A stretch of 64,000 nucleotides of DNA, from assembly GCA_017499595.2 (NCBI GenBank), contig CM039002.1, forward strand, positions 2,790,001 through 2,854,000, written 5' to 3'. Positions 24,100 through 34,355 of the stretch are shown piece by piece. This DNA comes from Psilocybe cubensis (taxonomy: Eukaryota). Within the stretch, counting starts at the first letter, position 1. Every line of letters begins with the position of its first letter. The notes beneath the pieces were generated by a model. That model was not told the DNA's origin and ran no database searches. It saw only the letters and a program-made list of their open reading frames with translations. A program made the translations under genes and the position numbers.

Positions 24100-25441
24100 C
24101 TAGTCGTCGAACAAACTTTCCACAGAATTATTGGGCGCCCTAAACTGTATGTCCTTGCCTGAATCTTTGTCACTGTATATCTTGGAAGCGTTGCGATCCA
24201 CTGCCTCTGCTATATTTGCCAATGTTTCGTGATTTACCGCATCGGTCATCGGTTGGAGACGATTGTGTTGAATAACATCATGTCCTGCAGCGGTGGTTGG
24301 TTGGAGACGATTTAGTTGAATGACGTCTTGCCCCGCAACTGGAAGGCGGGTGCGACGACCTTTGTTGCTTGGAGGTCCCGTGATGACGGGCACATTGATG
24401 GCCAATAAGGACACGAGGGCCTGAGGCAGAATGAAGCAATGTTGTAGATGATGGTGTAGATAAAGAACTCACAGTAGCGCTTAATGCATACACAACTAAC
24501 ATTGGATATTGTTGAGCTAACTTGACGTAAATCCCGAACCACACGGCGCTGGACAGCATTATGAAAACGCTGCTGTTGTAACCTAACGCGAACGGCACGC
24601 CAACGGTGCGTCAGTCTGAAAAAGGACACGCGGGTTTCTACTATTAGTATAGTCCAGCTTCGTCGAATAATCAAGATATCAGCAATGAGTTCAGCTATAT
24701 AGCAGTCAGCAATGGGCAGTCGATTAGATGAAGTGTGACTTACCTATAAGAGAAAACAACAGCAGAATGTAAGGTGGTTGGCATGGACACACAGTATCCG
24801 ACTTGCAATCGGTGTTGACCTTGCACACAAATATGGCGAAAGTGGAGAAGATAATGCCGATTGCGATGAATATGACAGCGTACAGCCAGCCCCATAATAC
24901 ACGGAGTTGTTTGGCCTTGTGCAGTCGATTCGGTGATAGCACTATACTGGCGCGGGAGACCCTGGACAGCGCATTCGTAGTAATAAGTGGCCATGCTTGT
25001 TGTGGAAAGTGACTACGCACCACAAAACTATAAAGAACGCAAATAGTTCGACTCGGTAGGAAACAGGAAGGGCGGTAGGTGTGTCGATGGCTATACATAG
25101 CAACCCCATGATATATGTCAATCAATGTAAAATAAAAAAAGACTGGCTACAAAAAGAAAAAAAAAAAAAAAAAAAGTATCACAACGCACCCAATTTAAAC
25201 AATGTGAGGGCAATGACAAAGTCTGCAACCACAGCCACAGCCGCCAGCCCATCGTCGTACCAACACCGTTTGTCGCACCGCCTGATAATGAGCCTGAAGA
25301 CGACCAAAAAAATGGCCAAGGCATGGCTGAAAGCCAATCCGTATGCTGCGACTGTAAAATAAAGAGGAAACAAATAAGTTCGTTAGTTTGTTGTTAGAAA
25401 AGGTTTACGAAGAATGCTGCCTTACCTATATTTACGTCCAT
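24100..25441 (-). CDS. Pth11-like (fungal rhodopsin-domain) multi-pass membrane protein, element-borne, possibly truncated
   Basis: MDVNI/VAAYGLAFSHALAIFLVVFRLIIRRCDKRCWYDDGLAAVAVVADFVIAL (R-L..R....W.DD motif), SRVSRASIVLS, further hydrophobic helices WLYAVIFIAIGIIFSTFAIFVC and VFIMLSSAVWFGIYV; exons bounded by GT-AG. Confidence 0.6.
24251..24340. repeat. Two-copy 48-nt tandem repeat in the C-terminal tail of the Pth11-like gene
   Basis: GGTTGGAGACGATT recurs at 24251 and 24299; encodes QDVIQLNRLQP / HDVIQHNRLQP on the minus strand. Confidence 0.7.
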
Positions 25442-25679
25442 TCTTTGTTCGCTGGTTTTGAGGGGCCGCAGATGCAGGTGATGGTAAGAAGTTGGCGGGA
25501 TACAAATTACGTGGCAAATGGAAAATGGGAAGGCCACCATATATGGACTTTCGTCGCTGGTCACGGATTGTTCGGCATTCAGAGCGCGGGCTCCAAACGG
25601 AAATCGGACAAGCGAACATTGGCTGATAATGCTGTTTACGGGCTACTACAACATCGAATCAGCGACTCAGACGCTGTAG

Positions 25680-26568
25680 ACCATGAGAAGCCATGATTGA
25701 ATGAAAGCCGAGACAGATATCACGCCCTCTTGTAGGCGATGGTGAGTAAATTTCAAACATAATCAGGATATAAAAGCTTACGATGTCATACGCGCATGAC
25801 TCTGGACATGATAAACTTTAACTTTACACCAGGCGACCTACCTGAGATGTTGTCCAATATACAACGGCATTCTGGTATATGGTGTCCGTTGCTAGGAGTT
25901 GAGATAAGTGTCATAATCGAGAGTATCGCCAGGTGTCGAAGACTCACCCGAATCGCCCAGGTCATCGATACGAAGGCCATCTTGATACCGACATGAACAG
26001 ACTCAGACTCTGCATCGACCTCCAAACGAATATTTATCCGAACGAACCACTACAAGCCATATCAGTCACACTCGATGCGGTGCAGGTGCTACGGAAACGC
26101 TTTGTTTGATATAGGTCATCTTGAATACTCGTTCAGCTCGGATAGCCTGTTCGAAACAAACCTACGACGTAGGTATGGTTTATTCTTAAGCGCATTTATA
26201 TGCTGGTGTATGGTTCATAGGTGTGGCATAATGATTTTGGTCCATTGAAGTGCCCTGTTGCGCGCAATTGTATTGCCTGACGTTACACCGCAGATACAAA
26301 GACCCCAATAAATGTCCATAGTCAAGAGGCGGACTATCATGTTGAAGTACTGACACAGAGGTAAGTCTTTTCACGTTATTTGTATCACCCTCTCTAGACT
26401 TACTTGGGATTCCTTCACGAACACGTAAAAAAAAAAAAACTGACAACGTACGAAGCCAACTAATAACATCTGCAGATTTTGCATTAAGCCACCGCATTTA
26501 GACATTTCAAATATGGGTACGTACCATGGAATACAACTTTGATCTAGGAATTTCAACTTCTCCAACAT
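25680..26568 (-). CDS. Hypothetical multi-exon cargo gene (structure uncertain)
   Basis: ATG at 26568 (MLEKLKFLDQ...), short ORF pieces separated by intron-like segments with poly-T tracts; no recognisable motif; 3' end approximate. Confidence 0.3.
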
Positions 26569-26750
26569 GCCGGGTCGTATCGTGTTGTATACACCTCTTA
26601 TTGGAACTACCTATTATTGTGAGTGCGAAACTATACGGTGGATACACAGCAAGTCATACAGACTTTAGCGTTTAACAGTTGGCCAGACGCCGTCTTAATC
26701 CGTATCTCGCGTCCCATGCGTTGTAAATGTCTTGTGTTTTTTTGCTGAAG

Positions 26751-28562
26751 TTAGACGACCCATCCATTTTCAGCATGTCTCGGACGAAGGTCTATGAACA
26801 CATTGAAACTCACGACAGTACGCTCGACGTGCCACATTGCAAACACCGACTCCCGTTTAAGCAGTTTTTTACGGAAACTGGATGGGTTGAAGAGTAGGCG
26901 GTGTACAAAGAAACTTTGATCCATCTCTGTTTGGGTGATTTGAGGTTGCACGGTTGCTGAATTCCAAACCAATACACGCGCTAACGTCCGTCGGACCGCA
27001 TTTTCTATGCTATATGTCGGTGCGTCTATTGACGTTGTCCCAGTTAGGTGTGCACCGACAATGTATGAGTAAGTGTGTTGCGGACTGGTTGATCGAACCC
27101 GGATCTCTATTTGTATGTGAGTGCCATGCTATGTTGACAATATAGGGTGAAACTCACGAGCGCCTAGCAGACGGCAATTAATCTCACAGTCTCGCACCTA
27201 TCCGTTCGTTTGTCGTAAAGACGTTGACCAAGGTGGATGGATGGTGCAAAGAGACACGAGCACTCAAATGAAAGTATATTTCAGAGGATACATTGACACT
27301 CACGGTAACACAGGCATCACGGTACATTCTTCCATCCTCTTCATACGGTTACGAGCTGTTGATCAACTATGGTTGGAGAAGTTGGAGGATGAGGGAGCGG
27401 GCGAATCTTTTGTGGTGAAGAGTATCATTGGATGGAGTGTACTGAAGGTGCGAGGTAGAAGGACTGCGTGCTGATGAGGGCACTGTTGCCTGTTGAAGAC
27501 GCACATTCCTCTAGTGCACACAATTGTACGGCCATTAGCAAATGTGAAACAAAGGTAACACCTGTAAGCAGTTCTGAGTAACGGAAGTGGACAGTAGGTA
27601 TTTTGGTAGATCACATGCCTGTTCAGTCCGCTTCCGGGGTTCTGTTGTGTGCATTGCGTACACTCCTCTATGTCTCCTATATTCCATTCACATCCTGCTA
27701 TGATCTTCTTCCGTACACTCCGTGGTTTCTGACGCAATGCAACATGAAGTCGTTTAGTTTTATGCCAAAGTATTTGAGAGTCAACTGACTTATAAATGCA
27801 GTGTGATCAACAATTTTCAAAGTGCCCTCGACGGTCTGGGCGGTACGCCTCTCTATCAATACAAAAGAATCCTGACAGTAAGTAGCACCCAAACAACTTT
27901 CCCCCTCTTAGATTGTTGCGCCACTGATAACCTCAAGCAACTTTTAGGGTGGAAACCATGCGATACCAGTCACTTTTCTTCATTTCCGTCAACGGTCTAC
28001 TGCGGTCAAACTTGTATCGAGTGGTATGAGACACTATAACATGACCGAATCCCCTCGATGCACTACTGAGAGAATACGGTACAACGGGTATAATCGATAT
28101 TAGTTGTCTGGAATACATTGATTCAGGTGAGAGACCGATTGCACGGTGAAAGTCGATGTATACTCACACTCCTGACTGTAGACGAGCTTGGACTGAGATC
28201 GAACGAACGAAAATAAACGGACCCTCACCGAAGCCGGTTGACAGCACGTTGGCTGTCTATCCTTCAGAACATATACTGTACTACGAATTAACAGAAAGTT
28301 AATGAGTTGAACGGGCAACGGGAGGATTGTTGCACGCCTGAACGGAATGTGCGTTTGCATTCACTGAAGGCGTCAAAACGAAGTTTGTTCTACGTGCTAA
28401 CCTCGGCCCATATAATATACAGCTTATCTCAACATCTGTTGACACAGGTCTGACAAAATCATGCTTTCGAACATCCACCCAGTTTAACAGATATGGGGAA
28501 AATATCGTGGCGAGGTGAATTGCTCCTCGCTGTCTTGTTGATTGAAACGCCTCCACGTTAAC
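26751..28562 (-). CDS. Hypothetical cargo gene(s) or fragments (structure uncertain)
   Basis: Several minus-strand ORF segments with plausible splice sites (e.g. poly-T CAAG acceptor near 28563); no family recognised. Confidence 0.25.
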
Positions 28563-28779
28563 CTTGAAAAAAAAAAATTCAGGAGAACTGTCACTGCCTT
28601 ACATCAACGGTATACCAAAACACGACCGCGCAAACTAACGACCGCTCCATAACATCGATTGTATGCACGCCCCATCGGTGCAGGCAACGATATCATCGCG
28701 TCGGACTTCAAAAGCCTACGTAGCACGTGCTTGCATATGTCAACGACCAAACATCTGGTTAGCGAAGTTCTACTTCTAC

Positions 28780-29461
28780 ATGGACGTCTTGCACGACAAC
28801 GCTACGGAAAGTAGTTCCTACAAAAGAGCTATCGCAAGGCGTAACGCCCTACTGAGTGACCCCTTGGCAGCATCGGTCACTGAGAACTCAGTGGAGTGTA
28901 AAAGTTGCGGGAAGAGCATATTACTGTCGAAGAAATGGCCCTTCGACCCTCAACATTGGACAAAGCATCTCAAGAGATGCGATTTTACGAGACATTCGAA
29001 TAACCACAAGGTGAGTGCGAACCATCATTAAGGACACTTTTAATTTTCGTTAACATACATTGTGTAGAGCCGTTCAAAAATTCAAATCAACAGACGGAAA
29101 AAGAGTAACTGCAACGGTCGGGCAAAGTCGTCAGCGAGGTCGATGACAGAATCAGTGCCTCCACGGCCAATAACCTCAAGCAACTCAATTCAAGAGACAG
29201 CCTCATCAACTTCACTATCGATGAAAGAGCCATTTCAACTACCGTCAACGAGGCTGATAGTAACTAGCAAAGGCAACTGTAGGTTTCCCAAACACGAATT
29301 CGTACTCTACACTGTCTAATTATAATGCAAATACAGATTTTCAGAATTTGATGGATCAGTATACTGTACGATGTCATCCTGACGTTATCACCAGGCCTCC
29401 TTCATGGGATCGCGAAAGATGGGATTGGAGTAATTTGAAGCAGCCTAGATTCGACGATTGA
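28780..29461 (+). CDS. Small zinc-finger protein (C-x2-C...H-x3-C), element-borne, 3 exons
   Basis: RRNALLSDPLAASVTENSVECKSCGKSILLSKKWPFDPQHWTKHLKRC; last exon HPDVITRPPSWDRERWDWSNLKQPRFDD*; GT-AG introns after about 29010 and 29270. Confidence 0.6.
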
Positions 29462-29595
29462 ACTGGCGTTTACAGTACACGCAACTTAACATAAATATTT
29501 ACGTAATGTTTATGATGTTCTTATTTATATTATACAATATGATGATATCAGTATCTAATCTTATCATAGGGTGAGGGAAATCAAGGACTCGTATC

Positions 29596-29625
29596 GCCGT
29601 GCGAAGCAACGGCCCTCAACTCAAG
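29596..29625 (+). terminator. Helitron 3' rolling-circle terminator hairpin and putative terminus
   Basis: GCCGT-GC-GAA-GC-A-ACGGC stem-loop followed by CCTCAACTCAAG then T; the spacing matches Helitron 3' ends, with CAAG in place of canonical CTAG. Confidence 0.7.
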
Positions 29626-30196
29626 TTAGATCATGTGTGACGACCCCGAGTAGATCTAAATATGGCCAACGCCAATACCTGCAACTTTGGCAACCTATGG
29701 GCTGTTTTAGGAACTGTTGAGTAGCAAGGTAGCAATCGTGGTAAGTGGTGAGTGTTGGTATCGGCAGGGTTCTAAACATTGACTGTTTCTTCCAAGCCAA
29801 GTTTGTGAAGAAACTTTTGCTATCTACGAACACGACGTACCTGTCGAACGCTTTCACGTCGATCCTGTACAAGTGCGGCTAGCATAGTACGAGCTCATCA
29901 ACGATGCTACCATTTAGCCATGAGATGCGTCTATTCGGGTTTCCCGCATGGGATGGATCTTTCAATGACTCCGCTTTGATGGATTCTTTGCAACAATGCA
30001 CTAATGGCCTTGCCCTCGTCTAACATGTCTTCATAATTTGACCACATGCTTCGGTCCGAACATACTGTCTCGTTTTTTACATCAGTACATCTGTTACGAC
30101 TTACGATCCGTGCAAGAATCACTCCAAGCCTGTGCTCGACCTCTCGAACCCTATAAATACAGGGTAAGTCAATGTAAATGTACTGTAGCTTTCGAG

Positions 30197-31471
30197 ATGT
30201 TCCACAGGACCTTCACCGCCATCGCAATTACCGTTCTTCTCAGCTTCACGGCGCCTGTACTGGCGACTAACCATATGTCAGGCCTGGCTGTCTCGAACAG
30301 TCCAGGAGGAACGACGACCTATGGCTGCCGTTCTCAAGCTCAGGTATGTAAATGTATTTTGCTCAACTCGATGCCGGTTAGTAACCAAGTCATTCAGTGG
30401 AATCAACTGGCCAACGATGCCAAAAGCCAGGGATTCAAGATAATACGTATCATCGGGTTCGATTGCAATGCTCTTGACCTTGCATCTTCAGCTGCAGCCT
30501 CTGCAGGCCTCCAAATCATGGCAGGAATCTATGCACAATCTGTAAATGAGTTGTACGATGTTCTATGCCTTGGTCTCAACCTTTCTTTGTCTTTAGGGAA
30601 CTATTGCAGCTAGCATGACCCAAATCAAGTACAGTTGCATTTCTATCTTAGCGTATTTGCGCTAACAGTTCATTGATTGTAGCAATGATGTGCAAACATT
30701 CCGTGCAGCATACACTAAATATGGAGCAGGCCGATATGTCGGATTGACGGTTGGAAATGAGGTCGGCACCACCATTGATAGAAGCTCTTTGCGATCTAAG
30801 AAGTTAACCATTTCTATAGGTCCAAGATTCTGTTGGTAACATTATGGCAAAAGTATACGACGTCCGAGGTAACTCCTATACAAATTTATGAAGCCTTTAT
30901 GCCGTTCATTAATGCTCTGGAATAGGGTACCTCGGATCGGTGGGCGTTACAACCCCCGTTTCCACTGTACACACTTGGGTTGACATTCGAAACAATCCCG
31001 CCCTGTGTGGTGCCGACTTTGTTGGGGCAAATGCACAGTAAGCATAAGATTTGTCTCAAGCCGACACATCTAATACTCTAATCCAGTGCATTCTATGACG
31101 GAGGTGTAAATTCAGGGCAGGCTGGTAGCTTCCTTTACAACACTGTCAAACCCGCGTTGCAAGCTGCGTGCCCCGGAAAGAAGATATACATTACCGAGTA
31201 CGTCATTCCATTTGTATCAAAGTCTCGATAAACTGAGTTACTTTTCAGGACTGGTTGGCCATCTCGAGGCAGCAATAATGGAAATGCAGCCCCATCCGTA
31301 CCCGATGAGCACAACGCAATTTCCAGCATCAACTGTGCCGCTCGTGACACAAGCATGACAATATTTGCTTTCGAATACGATGACCAATTGTGGAAGACGG
31401 GTGGTGCCGTTGAACAGAGCTTCGGAATCTTCGGCAAAATCCTGCCAGGAGACGCTTTAAACGCATGCTAA
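30197..31471 (+). CDS. Secreted glycoside hydrolase family 17 (beta-1,3-glucanase/glucanosyltransferase), copy 1
   Basis: Signal peptide MFHRTFTAIAITVLLSFTAPVLA; motifs LTVGNE, ADFVGANAHAFYDG, IYITETGWPSRG, FAFEYDDQLWK; about 8 introns. Confidence 0.88.
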
Positions 31472-32128
31472 TTTGTAAAACCGATAAAGGCTACCAGGAT
31501 ACTAAACTCTATACTATCAACAAGACCTGCATATTAGTTCTGGTCTCAAAACATTTTATTAATAACATAATGATTAAACCCTATTTCTTCAATCCTGGAC
31601 ACGAATGCGAAGGCGATCTCTGCATACCCTCACGGGATCTCCCAGTGGGATCATTGGTCTGAAAGCACTCCTAGCCAGTTTAGAGAAGTGGCAAGGATTT
31701 ATAACAATTGGGGTTCGCTATTTCTCGAACTGAGGGATACGAAGTTGAGAGCGTTCTATATATAGCTTCATCAATGTCATTTTAATGCCCTAAAATGAGG
31801 TGCTATAGCATCTGTAGGGACTATGTAACGTCAGCCAGCTGCGAGCAGAAGAATGATATTCCAAGAATGTATTTTAGTACGATTTTGGGTCTGATACATT
31901 CACTAAGTTTGCCCTTAGGAAGAATAGTTGAGCATCTACCAATATTGCTTTGTATCTCATGGTTTCTGAACGAACTGACTAATAACTACAGATATGTCCT
32001 GAAGCTATACCGTAGTATTCATTTCTCCCCACTAATGACATAAGAGACAGTAATTTGGCTCGCTATAATAGGGCAGAGTTTCGCTAGAACTTATTCTCAC
32101 TCTCTTTTTACAGTCTATCAACGAAAAA

Positions 32129-33399
32129 ATGCATTCTACAATCACCATAGCCAGCATAATCCTTCTTTCTTTTGCACCTGCAACATTTGGGAACAACAAT
32201 TTTGCTGGACTGGCCGTTTCCAATAGTATCGGAGGCTCGTCCTCCTATTCATGTCGCAGTCAGGCTCAGGTAAGAACCAATGTAGTGCCTCATTGACCAC
32301 ACAATGATATGCTGAAACATTGCAGTGGAAACAGGTAGCTAATGACGCCAAAGCTCAAGGCTTCAAAGCACTTCGTATTCTTGGGTTTGATTGCAATGCA
32401 CTGGACATGGCTTCGTCTGCGGCGGCGGCGGCTGGACTGCAAATCATGGCTGGAATATTTGCTCAATCTGTTAGTGGAGACCAGTGTCCATAAAAAGCTT
32501 TTCTAAATCTATTAACACCGGCAGGGTACCATCGCCAATAGCTTGACTCAAATAAAGTACTTGAATTTAGCAATTCGCGGAGCTATGCGTTGATTCTTTT
32601 AGCAACGATGTTCAGACATTTAGAAATGCGTATAACAAATACGGAGCCGGAAGATACATCGGATTAACCATCGGAAACGAAGTAAGTGATACTAACATTT
32701 CTTTTGGCCAGTGAGATTCCTCATGAAAATTTGTATCAGGTTGCCGACTCTGTAGGGAACATTATGGCTAAAGTGTACGATGTTAGAGGTATGAATTAGA
32801 GGCAATTTAATTACTTTTCTATTCCCTTATGTATGAATAGGGTATCTTGGATCGGTTGGCGTACATACACCCGTATCGACTGTCCACACCTGGGTGGAAA
32901 TCCGGGACAACCCTCAACTTTGCGGAGCGGATTTCGTGGGCGCCAATGCACAGTTTGTTTATTCCTGTTCATATCAGATTTCGTCACCAACTCGTTTTTG
33001 TACTACAGTGCCTTTTATGATGGAGGGGTCGGTTCGGGACAAGCCGGAGACTTCGTCTTCAAGACTGTCAGACCAGCTTTACAGAAAGCCTGTCCTGGGA
33101 AGAAAATCTACATCACTGAGTAATCCAATTTCTTTTTAATTCTTCTGGAATACCGATGCTTCAATCCATTCAGAACCGGTTGGCCCTCTAGGGGAGCAAA
33201 TAATGGAAAGGCCGTTCCCTCGATAGCTGATGAAAGAAATGCTCTCCTCAACATCAATTGTGCTTGCCGGGACGATACAAGTGTCTCCGTTTTTGCCTTT
33301 GAATATGATGACCAGCTGTGGAAGTCCAACGACAACGAAAGAAGTTTTGGTATATTTTCAAAAATCAAGCTCCAGGGGGATGCATTCAACCCGTGTTAA
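32129..33399 (+). CDS. Secreted glycoside hydrolase family 17, copy 2 (tandem paralogue)
   Basis: Signal peptide MHSTITIASIILLSFAPATFG; LTIGNE, ADFVGANAH, IYITETGWPSRG, FAFEYDDQLWK; same intron positions as copy 1. Confidence 0.88.
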
Positions 33400-33652
33400 T
33401 GGATACAGACCATGTAGCGCTACCGTATAGTGTAAAAAATTCTGTAGTCCACTCCACACCCTGGGCCGAGTCTTATGATTGAAACTAGAAGGAGCCATAC
33501 TATAGTCACGCGCTTTGCTTAGGTTTGGTTCTGAAAGATTCATGCATTCAACGTTCAAGTTTTGTCTTGACCAATACAAGTTAGTGCTAAAAATCAACGC
33601 CTTACAAGGCCCAGAAGGTGTAACACCACCACCACCACTGTCGGACGCCTCA

Positions 33653-34153
33653 ATGAATCCTTCGATTCTGTACAAGAAGCTCCTCTACCTCACCACCAAA
33701 CATGCCCAACCTTCAGGTCTCGAAGAGATCTTGGCTATACGGTCATCAGATGCAATCCACGCATGGGGACACAACTACCTCATTTCCCGCAATCCGCTGC
33801 TCGCCGATCGGATGGACAATGAAGCGTTTAAAGCCCATCTCCTTAGCACAGGACCCTATATAGGAGATAGTACCAGCAAAGTACATGCAGTCACCATCGA
33901 CGAGTATCAGAGGACAGCGGTTCTCCACATGAGCTACTTCCTGCGGCCAGCCAAATCGGACGAGATAGTCGAACAGGACCTGATTTGGACAATCAAATTC
34001 ACGGATGATGAAGATGTGGAAAAAATCTTGATCAAAGAGACTGTCGAGTTTATCGATGCAGCGGCGAGTTCAAGGCTGGGGGAGATAATTCGAAGTATAC
34101 ATGGCGAGATCGCGGAAAATGTCCGTGGAGGTATCACACTCAGAGGGTTTTGA
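33653..34153 (+). CDS. SnoaL/NTF2-like small protein, intronless
   Basis: 166-aa ORF with EEILAIRSSDAIHAWG, VTIDEYQRTAVLHM and IKETVEFIDAA, a pattern typical of SnoaL/NTF2-like folds. Confidence 0.6.
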   Translation: MNPSILYKKLLYLTTKHAQPSGLEEILAIRSSDAIHAWGHNYLISRNPLLADRMDNEAFKAHLLSTGPYIGDSTSKVHAVTIDEYQRTAVLHMSYFLRPAKSDEIVEQDLIWTIKFTDDEDVEKILIKETVEFIDAAASSRLGEIIRSIHGEIAENVRGGITLRGF

Positions 34154-34355
34154 AGCTCGAAGTAGCCAATGAAAGGCAATTCCCTAGAAAATTGAGTATC
34201 GTATTTAGGATTTGATGGCAACTTGATGAGGGATACGATGTTAACGGGAACAAAATTGACCTACAGGCCTATATTAGATCAGAGAGAATATACATGTACG
34301 TCTACACATCTATCCACTAAGGTCCAAAAGGCGATTCTAGTACTATCTATCTACA

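Larger units (their letters stand above)
6095..29625 (+). mobile_element. Giant Helitron-like rolling-circle element with cargo genes (~23.5 kb, left boundary tentative)
   Basis: Intact RepHel ORF (HUH Rep + Pif1); 3' hairpin GCCGTGCGAAGCAACGGC at 29596-29613 followed 12 nt later by CAAG|T; candidate A|TCTATA 5' end at 6095 next to an assembly gap; no conserved housekeeping genes between these points. Confidence 0.75.
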
